Positions 1-11,897 of a DNA stretch of 64,000 nucleotides are shown here, in pieces. The DNA is from Octopus vulgaris (taxonomy: Eukaryota): the NCBI GenBank assembly GCA_951406725.2, contig OX597824.1, forward strand, positions 43,462,001 to 43,526,000. The letters run 5' to 3'. The notes below the pieces were generated by a model that worked only from the letters and a program-made list of their open reading frames with translations, was not told the origin of the DNA and made no database searches. Numbering within the stretch: position 1 is the stretch's first letter; the number at the start of each line of letters is the position of its first letter. The translations under genes were made by a program, and so were the position numbers.

Positions 1-984
1 ACATAATTCATACAGAACTTTAACTGTGTGTGTGTGTGTGTGCCTAACGAATTTATTTTTGCGCACCTTTCTAAATTCCAAAAGAAGGAAATGAAGTTAG
101 TGAATTCGTAACACGTTGACAGCATAAGCTCTCTGTACATTATAGTGAAAAACGGAAAGAGAGAGATAATGCCTAATTCTACGCAAGCGTGAAACATGAG
201 ACGAAAGTAAAAATGACCTGAAAATTGTGCGACCCGATCCCGTTTCTGGGGTTCTCAGCGTCTCTTTCTCTCCCGCCTTCCCCCCTCTCTTTGTGTCGGC
301 TTTCTTTCACTTTCACATACAGTATCAACTTTCTATCGGCTTTCTTTCACTTTCAACTATAGAACATACATAGGGTATGAAACATTAACATTTCTCTCTC
401 ACCCGCTATCCTTGTCTTTCATCTTCTTCTATAGAAACTTTTCTCTCTCAGTTTCTTTCTCTTGTCTCTCTGTCTTTTTCTCATTCTGTGTTTCTCTCGC
501 TCATCCCGTAAAAATGTATTTCTTTATGCTTTGAAGAGAACAGATATTCAAAGAAGAGAAAGCGAAAGAGGCAGAGAGAGCAGAAAGTGAAGGAGAAGAG
601 AAAATGAAAGATGTATGTACGTGTATATGAAATGGACGTGCGTGCGTGTGTGCGTCCGCGCGCACGTAATGTGTGCGAGAGGGAGAAATAAAGAGAGACA
701 GAGAGATAGAGTGAGTGAGGGAAGATGTGTGTCGTGATGATGGCTGTCTTTTAACGTACATGCTCATATAGGAAATGTGACCCTGTCGTCATCGTTGTCG
801 TATAAAATGTTTACGATAGCTGACTTATGGAAAAAATCTTTTGATACCCTATACATCAAAATCGGTAACTCGGTTTTGGAATGCATAAGGAACTTACGTG
901 CTCGCACACGCACATACAAACTCTCGTTTATAGATATAGATATATATGTGTGTGATGGTCTTTGGGTGTGCCCTCAGTGAAGGT

Positions 985-1237
985 GACGTCATGTGAAGCT
1001 GCTGGCGACTGTGATCAAACTCTGGCTGGAGAAGGTTGCCGCTTGCAGACCATTTTTATGGCAGCAGTATTCGACTCCTTGCCACATATGATTTGCCTAC
1101 AAAACCAAGTTCGAACTGCTGGCCAAGAAAAGGGAGTGTTCGAAGGTCTTCCAGTGAAACAGTGGGGAATACATGTATCAAGTTCCGGATGCGTGTTGAT
1201 GACGTGATAAAACCTCGGGGCCGTTTACTGTGAATAA
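985..1237 (+). mobile_element. Degenerate Tc1/mariner-superfamily (DD37D/maT-like) transposase C-terminal fragment
   Basis: Manual translation gives LLATVIKLWLEKVAACRPFLWQQYSTPCH, resembling ...VKPW...GRPYVWQQDSAPCH. After an internal deletion it gives TKFELLAK...ETVGNTCIKFRMRVDDVIKPRG, resembling ...ACxRFRxRLEAVxxAxGG. Stops and frameshifts are present. Confidence 0.75.
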
Positions 1238-1312
1238 GCCGTTATCTTCCACTCATAATCTACTTGATATGTTTTGGTTTTTTTAAATACTTTCAATTTT
1301 TGATATATATAT

Positions 1313-1765
1313 ATTGTTGCCACGTCTACACAAAAGAAAACTAGTCACTCATAGGAGTGAAATACATGACTAAGAGAACAATCAAACGTCAGCTTCATTT
1401 GAGTTGCAGCCATCACGTATGTAATGTATATATCTAATATGTGTCTACATGCGCGCGTCCGTGTGGATGTGTATTCCCTGTGTCTCCCTATATATGTGCG
1501 CATATATATATATTATATTATATTATATTATATTATATTATATTATATTATATTATATATTATATGTATATATATGAACATATGCACATATATAGACACA
1601 GGGAATACACACCCACACGGTCGCGCGCATGTAGATACATATAAATATATACATTACATACGTGATGGCTGCAACTCAAATTAAGCTGTCGTTTGATTGT
1701 TCACTTAATCATGTTTTTCACTCCCGCGAGTGACATGTTTTCTTTTGTGTAGGCGTGGCAACAAT
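1313..1765. repeat. About 450-bp fold-back (inverted duplication or MITE-like) with an (ATATT)n centre
   Basis: 1313-~1500 (attgttgccacgtctacacaaaagaaaa...gtattccctgtgtct) is the approximate reverse complement of ~1580-1765 (agacacagggaatac...ttttcttttgtgtaggcgtggcaacaat). The centre, ~1507-1560, is a pentanucleotide microsatellite. Confidence 0.9.
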
Positions 1766-1879
1766 GAGTATCTCTTACAGTATGTGTTATAGTATTGTTT
1801 TAATGAACATTTTTATGATGCTTCAGTTCACCTCACGATGCATATTCTTTTCAAAACTCATTGAAGTAGAGCTGTTATA

Positions 1880-4800
1880 CAATGCATAGTTAACAACTTT
1901 GCTGTACCTGCGTCTTCCACGGTTACTTCTAAGGCCTTTCTTACTTACACTCTTACACTCGTTACACGTTAAATTGAGCTGTGCTCCAAGATAAATTATC
2001 AGCAAGACCCTCACGTACATTTGAAGCTTACTATGCTCGATATGATTTTATTCTAATTCTCTCTTCCCATCATGCATTGCTTTCCTCCATGGTGAAAAAT
2101 CCTGAGCAAGGGTTTCCCAACCATTTTGACCTTCCGCAAAGTATTTTAGATTCAGTTTGTGTGTTGCTCTTTTTATACCTGAACTATTTCACCACATAGA
2201 AATTGGGTGGGAATCCGATTGCCTTCCGTCTTGACCATGTAACTACTTCATCTTGATCGGTGCTGCAGTACGAGAGACTATACAGCTAGAGTGTCTGCAT
2301 TCGGGGACTTCAACGTCCCTTATATTCGCCATCGAATATCCAATATAGATCGGAGAAACTGTTTGTAAAATCATTCCAGTCTTTTCATGTCTCCAGTATG
2401 TAACCCAGATCTCACAAGCATTGAGCAACGAAGAAATAACACATGTACTGTAAACCAACTGTGTCTCAAATGAAATGCCGAGGCCATAAACATGTATCCA
2501 ATTTTCCAAATTCATCACTAGATTCACAGTAGTGCCTAAATACAGGAATTTATCCACAACCACCAATTTCTGTCTGTATGTACATGTTTGACACAAGATG
2601 CTTACCTGGTGCCGGTTAGATTACATCTGTTATTTTTAGACAAATTGTTAGACCCAATACACTATATTCTATCAAGAAAGAGCTCAAATGATACCACATA
2701 TCGCTCTAGTAGTGATCACAGTTGTCAACATATAGGAATTCGCGTATTAGTGATGAGAACTTTTTTTACAACAAATCGTCATATATTGAACATCTAACTC
2801 ATTGTACAGTATGTGATATAGACCCCATGCAAGCCATCTAGAAAATCATAGCAAAGTACAATGCAGAATTGATGCTGGTATATTCTCTTGCTTATCCATA
2901 ATTGCAACCAAACTTCTATCAGAGAGCTTATCACCCATGCTGAGACATGCATTCATTCCATCATGGAAACTTTTAAGTACAGAAACAAACTCATCAGGAC
3001 ACTCAAGCTTCATAATATATCATGGGGCAATTTTATCCACAATATCAAAAGCTTTAGTTAGATCAACAAAGGCTTGATAAAGACCAATCCTCAGATCAAT
3101 GCACTTTTCCTGAAATTGTCTAACAGAAAAGATCATATTTGTTGTCCCCCTGCCATTTCTGAAACCACGCTGAGACTCAGGGTGGTCCTCACCAGCGGTG
3201 CTATTGAGAAATCTGCCCAGCATGATCTTACACAACACCTTGTCTACAATAGAGGAAAATATATTCTATGATAATTCCCACAGTCAGTCGTCCTTCCAAC
3301 TTTCCGTTTCCTTTCGTTGAGAATCACCATCAATGCATTTTCCCAATCATTTGGGACATTCTCTTGAATCTAAATCTTATGGAGTTTTTTAGACATCGAA
3401 GCAGGTTTTCATTTCAACATTTCAAGAAATCTGCGCAGAGATAATTTATTCTAGGCGACTTACCACCATTTAGCTTTGTTACAGCGATTTTAACTTCGAA
3501 GAAGGCGTTTCTGCCATATGGTCTTTTGTTGGAATAAAGGAATCAAGCAAGCAAACTCTTCAACCGCAGAAGGTTTATTTACTAGTTCGTTAGTGTAGCC
3601 TCGCCACCGAGCAAGATTAGCTTTAGGACTACTAAGCAATTCCTTGCCATTCAGAGTACGAGAAGGAACAATGTGAGTGGAATATGACCCATAAATTTCT
3701 TGTAACAAGTTATACTTCGTATTGCTGGAATGAGATGCAGATTGGATCTGGCCTTCTTTATTCTTCCACCAAGTGTATGTCATGAAGCCTATGTTGTACC
3801 TTACACTTCACCTGCCAGTACAAAGGTTCATTCTAATGCTACCCTGGTTCTCCATCAAGGACTCTCGTAAGCGCTACATTCTTTTCATTTAATAATTCCT
3901 GAATTTCTTCATCATTTTCATCAAACCAGTCTCGATGTTTTCAATCTACTATACACAAAACATCTTTGCAAATGCCATATTTGATTCATTTGAACTCTTA
4001 CCACGAGTTATTGAATTGAATGTTATCCATTCTTTTCCCCATCTTTGATAGCATCATCTTTCAGACGAGTTACAATTGTTTTGCAATGGTGACGCCATTG
4101 GCTTTTACTTTCGGTATTATAGCAAATTTCACCGTTTCACGAACAAGACGATGGTCAGTCAGACATTCAGCTCCCCGCATAAGGCGGACGCTACACAAAA
4201 ATACGAATATCACGCCTACAAACAAGAACAAAATCATTTATGGACCACTGATCAGAGCCTTGATCTATTCAGGAAAGACTGTTTTTCATTTGCCTTTCCG
4301 CTGGAACACGACTTTCGCTATGCTCAAATCCGGCTTCCGACATATTTGCAGCATTAATAAGCCACTACTATTACATTTTCTGACTATGTTTTCCAATTAC
4401 ATTCAGGTTTGGTAATCCTTATCAACATTAACATTGAAGTCCGCAAGTAAGACAATTTTATCAGTACAAGGAATCTTATGGACAATCTCCTTTAGCGAAA
4501 GATAAAATGCTAGAGGAACATAAGGTTGGTGTGTAGACACTCACTAAGGTAACAAATCTGTTGCTTGACTATGGCATTCTCATTTGTTATCAGACGATCA
4601 CTAAATTCACATGGAGTCTCTTCCAACCTAGAAACTATGAGACTCTTTACTCCAAACGCTACACCAGCCTCCCTCTTTCGGTCCTCTGCTTTCTTACTCC
4701 AATTAAGCAAATAGCTACCGGATTGTTGTGGAGGGAGTGACGCTCTTCAGAAAGTTTCTCTTTATATAGGACCATCACATCTATGTTATCACGCTGTATT

Positions 4801-4900
4801 TTTCTGCTACAAGAGCTGATCTTTCGGAGCTTGATGTAGAGGATTTATGATGTAATAAGGTGCGATCATTCCAACAACAAATATCCAAAGGTATGAACTC
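1880..4900 (-). mobile_element. Decayed, near full-length RTE-clade LINE ORF (APE endonuclease plus reverse transcriptase)
   Basis: Minus-strand motifs in the expected order: APE start ICCWNDRTLL (~4880); KREAGVAFGVKSLIVSRLEETPCEFSDRLI (4510-4710); RT ESQRGFRNGRGTTNMIFSVRQFQEKC..LYQAFVDLTKAFDIV (3020-3238); VDKFLYLGT..VYSTCVISSLLNACEIW (2243-2596); C-terminal TCNEC..SKKGLRS. Many stops and frameshifts. Confidence 0.92.
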
Positions 4901-5574
4901 TCTACAGTATCAAGATGACTAACAGGCCTAGGCTTCTATGTCCTGGGATACCTACTTTTCAGTATGCATTTTAGAGCCCTTCTTTTCATTAGTCCGTAAA
5001 CTTTTGCACTTTTATGTTTTGTCCATTTAATGTTTCGTCCTTTTTGGCTACGGTTACACAAAATATGCAACATAGTAGAAGTGCTAATAGAAATGTTTAA
5101 AAATTATCAAGCGATGAGAGGTCTCTCTAAACAATGCATGCATGCGCCCAAAAGAGAGCTAGTCTACATCACTGGATGCAGACAAAACTGCAGTTGTTAC
5201 ATCATAGTTTTCCTTCTACAGATATGTCTAAACAAAAACTTGGAGTCGCTCACTCACACAGGGATATCACTGAAGTTTACTAATTGACCTTGTGTAAAAG
5301 CACACATGCATACAGTTGGACGACTTGACTCAACTAAGTTCATCTGCCCTTTAAGAAATTTTGCTTTTTGTCCTGTAGTGTGTCCAATAAAAACACCCTC
5401 CTTACCAAGCAGGCTAGGTAGATTTGCCTGTTTAGTCGCCGATAGCCTGACTATGAGATAGGTTGTACAGAGCTACGTTACCACATAGCACTAAGAGCAA
5501 TCTGACATGCATACATACATGCATGCAGACATCCATTCATTCAGTCGTTCAATGAATTATATATACCTCATATA

Positions 5575-5900
5575 TATTGGTCGAAAAAGAACTACGCCTT
5601 GCAACCATGTGGTTGTAGATTCGATTTCGCTACGGGGCATCTTCTATATCAGCTTCAATTTGTCCAGTGCCTTGAGATTGGTAAAAAGGAAATTGTTCAG
5701 AAACCTTTTTGCAATTGTATTTATGTGATATGCGTAAGTCCGCCTACATAAACAGCTATGGTTTTTAAAAAAACAGTTGCAATTGTGTGAATATCATTTT
5801 ATGTCCAGTAAGAAAGCATGTCAACCATTTCGGCTCGATAAGTTAAATAGAAGACAGAAATATATATATATATATATCGTATCGATGTGGTTGATTAAGC
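5575..5900 (+). mobile_element. Old, diverged SINE copy (family A, same family as 53263-53670)
   Basis: aaccatgtggttgtagattcgatt..ggggcatcttctatat..gccttg..gattggta matches the head of the well-preserved copy at 53263. Confidence 0.55.
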
Positions 5901-5945
5901 GCTTGAATACAGCGACCTAGCATACATTCATGTATATATATTTAT

Positions 5946-5991
<46 letters not shown>

Positions 5992-6542
5992 AGAGAAAGA
6001 GAGACAGAGAGAGTGAGAGAGAAGAAAAGTTGTAACATCGCAACTTCTGGCCTCCTAAATTAGCACATTGAAATGAAGTAACTATAATGACATACTAGTG
6101 ACGTGTCAACGGGATCTCAGTCCAAACATTATTCAATGTTTAGTATTATATATACCTAATACAGAAGAAGACAGGAAGAAAAGGTTTATAAATTGCCTAT
6201 TAACGTGTACGGTATATAATGACTTACAACACTATATATTCAAGCACACTTGTGAACAGACATCCGGAAAGAAAATTCGTGTTATTACACAGATAATTCC
6301 ATGTTACGGGTTTTTAGGATATAATGGTAATAGACTTCGGATAGCGACATGATAACGACCATTATACCTACAAACGTGTGTGTGGGAGTGTGTCTGTGTG
6401 TGTGCGTGTGTGTGTATGTGTGTGTGTGAAGTGTGTTTGTGTGTGTGTATGTGTGTGCGTGTGAGCGTGTGTAATATGTAAAATACTTTTGTATAGATGA
6501 GGACAAATATCCGTCAAATGTAAATAATGTAAATAATGTATG

Positions 6543-6699
<157 letters not shown>

Positions 6700-7404
6700 G
6701 AAGAATCGAAACTCGTGTCTGCTGTAAACTGTATAGCCGAATATCATCACTATTATCATAATTACGATTGCTTTCCAAGCTGGCATGGGTGGTACGGGTT
6801 ATTATGGTCCGAATTGGTCTTCTTCCGAGTTACTGTTTTCCTAAACAAATTGCAGATTAACATCTTGCTAATATATTTCATTTTTAACTCGGATTCTATG
6901 CCAGGATGTTCTTCCTATCGCGAACTACTTCAAAGAGTATTTTGTCGTGACACCAACACTATAGATGCCTTCTTACTCTCGACAATATTAGAGTCCTCCC
7001 TATCCTACTTTATTTTCATTAGTTTGTCAACCACTGAACGGTGCATTTTTATCATGGCACAAACGCTAATGAGATTGTCTTGGTACCGGTAAATCTAAAT
7101 AAACTTCACTCGTCCATAAATGGTTCGTTCACTTTTTGGCAATGACCGCACGAGTGACGTGAAGAGATAGTAATAAAACAAGATCCAGGATGGGTGTGTA
7201 ACAGTAGTAAGAGTATGAAGGTAAGCACAGAGTGAATGGAAAGAGTAACAGAGAGGAATGGAAAATAATTGAAGTGGACAATGGTAAGAGTAAGCGAGGG
7301 CTGCAAGAAATAAGTGGAAGAGCAAAAGACAGTAGACAATACAGAAAGGACGGTGTATCGGATACGCTGTCGTATATATATATGTATATGTATATGTATA
7401 TATA

Positions 7405-7475
<71 letters not shown>

Positions 7476-7476
<1 letters not shown>

Positions 7477-7703
7477 TTTATTTAAAGTAGCAGAAAATTC
7501 AACAAAACCTGTTACTCTGAGTTTCCCGTTGCCGTTCATCGGACAGTTTTTGCTAGAGTTCTAGCAAAAACTGTCCGATGAACGGCAACGGAAACTCAGG
7601 TTTTGTTGAATTTTCTGCTGCTTTAAATAAAGCATATTACTCTACCACTGGTATTTGAGTACTCTTTTTTCCACCTTGTTTCACATTTATGTGTTTACTC
7701 CGG
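7476..7703. mobile_element. Penelope-like terminus remnant: inverted repeat 7476-7632 plus a short tail, embedded in (TA)n
   Basis: Arms 7476-7557 and 7560-7632 are near-perfect reverse complements around a 2-nt loop and carry a hammerhead-like motif. Tail-to-tail inverted termini are characteristic of PLEs. Confidence 0.7.
7509..7546 (-). ncRNA. Minimal type I hammerhead ribozyme-like motif (PLE type)
   Basis: The minus strand reads CUGU-CCGAUGA-ACG-GCAA-CGG-GAAAC-UC-A-GA-GUA-ACAG. This gives stem I CUGU/ACAG, core CCGAUGA (U4C variant) and GAAA, a GNRA-capped stem II, a palindromic stem III and a GUA cleavage triplet. Confidence 0.65.
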
Positions 7704-7729
7704 TATATATATATATATATATATATATG

Positions 7730-8167
7730 CGAGGCCTGATCAATAAAGATCCCGACTGTTGTCATAGTAATGCAGAATTAAGTCGCTTGACACAGATTGG
7801 CCTCGAACACTGCTGTGCATGCGCACTAAGCTTTAATATTCTAGCTCATTTCCGCTGTTTATAGCAGTACTTGCAAGGAACGTGTGTAGCGTGTGATTGT
7901 TGCATTGACCATGACAGAGAAAGTTATTATGGTGATATCTGCTCAGAGGCCTACGCAAACTTGCAGGAAGTGTATGGAGAGGAGTATATGAGTCGCACAC
8001 AAGTGTACGAGTGGTCCAGACGATTTTGAGATGGCCGAAAAAATGTCGATATTGACGAATGTTCTAGGTGACCCACAACCAACAGAACTGAGAAGAACAT
8101 CGCAGATGTGCGTACAGGTGTGAGGAGAAATTGTCGAATCACCAGCTGTGAGTTATGTATATATATA

Positions 8168-8230
<63 letters not shown>

Positions 8231-8660
8231 CCGATTAGTTACGGTTCAGCTCAGTCCATTATCACTGAATATTTGAATATGAGACGCGTGTCTGCCAAGT
8301 TTGTGCCAAAACTGCTTTCAGCTGACCAAAAAGACATTCGGCCTGCTGTTGGACAAGATTTCCTTCATTGTGTCGAGAACGATGAAAACTTGGCGTAGGC
8401 CTCTGAGCAGGTGTCGCCAAATTTTGCAAAATTAGATGCAGATTCTCTGCTCAACTTTCTCTGGCATGGTCAATGCAGCGATCACACGCTACACGCTTTC
8501 TTTCCAAGCACTGGTGTAAACAGCGGCAATGAACTAGAACGTTAAAACGTAGTGCGCATGCACAGCAAAGTTTAAGGTCAAACTGTGCCAAGCAGTTTTA
8601 CTCTGCGTGCTTTACCTTTGTTACTATGACAACAGTCCATATGATTATTAATCAGACCAC

Positions 8661-8661
<1 letters not shown>
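7730..8661 (+). mobile_element. Non-autonomous mariner derivative: 5' half of the transposase closed by an inverted copy of its own 5' end
   Basis: Ends are cgaggcctgatcaataa... and ...ttattaatcagaccacg, in TA context. An ATG at 7911 is followed by EAYANLQEVYGEEYMSRTQVYEW..RF..GRKNVD..R..T..TEKNI and ISYGSAQSIITEYLNMRRVSAKFVPKLL (mariner HTH region and WVPxxL-like linker). ~8390-8661 is a reverse-complement copy of ~7730-7960. Confidence 0.92.
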
Positions 8662-8739
<78 letters not shown>

Positions 8740-8851
8740 AATCTGCGATGTGGGATCAGTTTCTGACTGAAGAATGAAGGCTTTGAATGACCCGTTTGTC
8801 TTTTTGTTCGTCCCTTCGCGTATTTCATGTTATTTATTTATGTAAAGGTTT

Positions 8852-8889
<38 letters not shown>

Positions 8890-8986
8890 TGTATGTATGT
8901 ATGTATGTATGTATGTATGCATGTATGCATGTATGTATGTATGCATGTATGTTTACACACACGCACACACACACATATATATATAT

Positions 8987-9130
8987 ATTAAAATAGAGAT
9001 AAAACCACTAGGCAAATCAAACGCTGTGGTTTTATCTCTAATTTAATTTATATATTTATACTGTAAAATTGGATTTAATCCTAAATCGAATCTTTCCCTG
9101 TAAGTTTGGATTTACTCCCTAATATTATTA
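8987..9130. repeat. 22-bp-stem hairpin (8987-9047) plus tail, probably a PLE-type terminus remnant
   Basis: attaaaatagagataaaaccac / gtggttttatctctaatttaat, with one mismatch and a 17-nt loop, lying between microsatellites. The PLE assignment is an inference. Confidence 0.55.
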
Positions 9131-9299
9131 TTATATAACATATATATGTATATATTCATATATAATACATACACACATTTATGTATGTATGTATGTATGT
9201 ATGTATGTATGTATGTATGTATGTATGTATGTATGTATGTATGTATGCATGTGTGTATGTATGAGTTTGATTTCGCTACCTGACGTTGGTTTGTCTGGG

Positions 9300-9788
9300 A
9301 TTGCAGACAGTAGAATATCTCTGTACTTCTTGAATACATATACATGATTTCCGTTTAGATTACTCTTTCTTTGACACTACTGAAATGACGTGGGCCCTTA
9401 AAGTAAGCTATTGTAGTATGTGATCCGTTATCTTGATGGGGGTGGTTAGAAGTTCGATGTTATGTCGTGGGAACCGGTTAGGGATTTGCTATAGCTCTCA
9501 ACAACAAAGTTTGCCACTGTTCCTTCAAGAATCTTCCATATGTTGATCAATGAATATTTTTGCCGTCTTCTCCCCACTGACGAGATTTTTAACGCTTTCA
9601 ATCTGTCCCAGTAGGTTAGCTGTTGGACTGGGGCGATCGTCCACGTGAAGCTTCGTTTTTATTGTCTCTCGATATGCTGATTATTTTGTACTGTTTGCCA
9701 CGATTGTTGTGAGCATTAATCCAGACGGCTGAGAACAAATGCTTGTTTCTTGCTCTCTTATGCGGAATGATTTCATGATCCATCCCGC
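9300..9788 (-). mobile_element. CR1/L2-like LINE, 3' RT fragment
   Basis: Minus translation: GWIMKSFRIRE..FVLSRLD*CSQ..KRSFTWTIAPVQQLTYWDRLKALKISSVGRRRQKYSLINIWKILEGTVANF, matching the YxERLxxLxLxSLExRR pattern. Confidence 0.8.
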
Positions 9789-10930
9789 TAGTTGTGGTCT
9801 GAAATTATACATTCAAATTATTTATTAAATATTATAATGTGAATATTTAATATTTAGTACTCATGCCCTTTGCGTTTTTCAATGCAAGCACCCTATTATA
9901 CATGTTACTGATCAGAAGACGAATATTCTCTTGAGAAATTTCTTGCCAAGTTTCATGCAGTAATTTCAAAAGATCTGGCTTTGAAAATGCTTTCTTGTTC
10001 TTTTTATGAATTGTCCTGTCCATTATGCCCTAGAGCTGTTCAATAGGTGACTGTCTTGGCCATGGAAGTTTTTTAATGCCATTCTCATCCAACACTTTAG
10101 CCGTGTGACAAGGAGCTCCATCTTCCACAAATAAAGAATCTTCTTAATCATTTCACCACAGGAGAAGATTGGAAGGAGTCCTTTCTGCCATATCTGAGTT
10201 TATGTTTCCATCACACTCCACCAGCTCTGATTGACCATTGCTCCAAATTACTCCCCAGAGCATCACAGAATAGCTGTCATGTTTCATTGTTGGCTGCAAT
10301 CTTTTCACATCAGATTCTTAATCACAGTGTTTCTAGATCCACACTCGACCACTGTAAAATATACAGTAAATCTGGACTCATTGGAGAATATAACAGTGTC
10401 CCAAAATGCTAGTGGCCTCTCCACCATCTCACTGGCCCAATCTTTTCCCAGCTTGATATTGGCTGGTCAAAGAAGTGGCTTCTTTCTTGATGCTCTGCCA
10501 TAGTAACCAAGTGTCCAGAGATACCTGACAGTTGTTGTGCGTCTGACATCAACCTGTTCTGCTATGTCAGAAGCCTGGCAACGAAGATTATCTTTGTTAA
10601 AAGAAGTGTCCTGTCAGAGAAGCCTGGTCAACCAGGGCGATGTGATGTGGACTTATTCCCCTCTTGGGTGAATTGCACAATCACTCTATTAACTGTAGAA
10701 AGCAGGATCCCAAGATTTTTTACGATTTTACGCTGACTATGTCTACCTTCAGATTGTCCCACAATATGGCCCCTTTGAAATTCTGACAGTTGCAAGGCTT
10801 CTTTTGTACATGACATGATTAAGCAGTCACATATAGAACCTGAAACATAAAAATGTCAATTAATAAAAAAATAAAGCTTTACAAGTTAGAATAAACATAA
10901 AACGATGTTTTATGGGGTGTTATTTCTGTC
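9789..10930 (-). mobile_element. Decayed Tc1-family transposon (transposase pseudo-ORF 10816 to 9847)
   Basis: N-terminal [41 protein letters not shown] (paired-like HTH), then VIFSNESRF, FVEDGAPCHTAK, LPWPRQS, PIEQL and terminal KGMSTKY*. A TIR-like tagttgtggtc.. lies at 9789. Confidence 0.9.
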
Positions 10931-10949
10931 ATGTTTGTGTGTGAGTGTG

Positions 10950-11026
<77 letters not shown>

Positions 11027-11029
11027 ATC

Positions 11030-11410
11030 GAGGTATTCCGTCACTTATGATGACGAGGGTTCCAGTTGATAAGATCAGCGGTACAGCCTGCCCCTGAAAT
11101 TAACGTGCAAGTGGCTGAGCACTCCACAGCCACGTGTACCCTTAACGTAGTTATCGGGAAGATTCAGCGTGACATAGAGTGTGACAAGGCTGCCCTTTGA
11201 AATACAGGTACAACAGAAACAGGAAGAAAGAGTGAGAGAAAGTTCTGGTGAAAGAATACAGTAGGGTTCGCCACCACCCACTGCTGGAACCTCGTGGAGC
11301 TTTAGGTGTTTTCGCTCAATAAACACTCACAACGCCCGGTCTGGGAATCGAAACCGCGACCTTATGACAGCGAGTCCGCTGCCAATAACCACTGGGTAAT
11401 TGCTCCTCAC
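11030..11410 (-). mobile_element. tRNA-derived SINE (family B), near full length
   Basis: The minus strand starts ..cccagtggttattggcagcggactcgc..gcggtttcgattcccagaccggg (A box and B box GGTTTCGATTCC). The same head occurs at 53221-53257. Confidence 0.85.
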
Positions 11411-11425
11411 ATACACACACACACT

Positions 11426-11490
<65 letters not shown>

Positions 11491-11529
11491 ATGTGTGCAT
11501 GTGTGCGTGTGTGTGTGTGTGCATAAGTA

Positions 11530-11720
11530 GAGGAAATTTATCAAAAAACAGAAGACGAAGACAGATGTACAGGCAGGTGTATTAGTTTGACGCTCGAGAA
11601 AATGAAAATTGAAAAAGTATTTTACGTTTCGAGCCTACGCTCTTCAACAGAAAAAAATTAAGAGGAAAAACTGAGAGAATGAAGAAAACCTGTAGATTTA
11701 GCGGTCAAGCAAGGCGACTG
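11530..11720 (-). mobile_element. PLE-type terminal remnant with a degenerate hammerhead-like motif
   Basis: Minus strand at 11621-11652: UUU-CUGUUGA-A-GAGC-GUAG-GCUC-GAAAC-GUA-AAA. A related copy lies at ~46797-46900, sharing tagtttgacgctcga and acgtttcgag...gctcttc. Confidence 0.55.
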
Positions 11721-11784
11721 TAAAAGTATATATGTATTTGTGTATGGGTAGTGTGTTTGTGTGTGTTAATGTGAATATGTGTGT

Positions 11785-11816
<32 letters not shown>

Positions 11817-11821
11817 TTATT

Positions 11822-11870
<49 letters not shown>

Positions 11871-11897
11871 TTCTATGTATATATATATATATATGTA

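Noticed and set aside
4020-4415. 131-aa and 93-aa plus-strand ORFs
   Set aside because: They are antisense shadows of the RTE endonuclease region.
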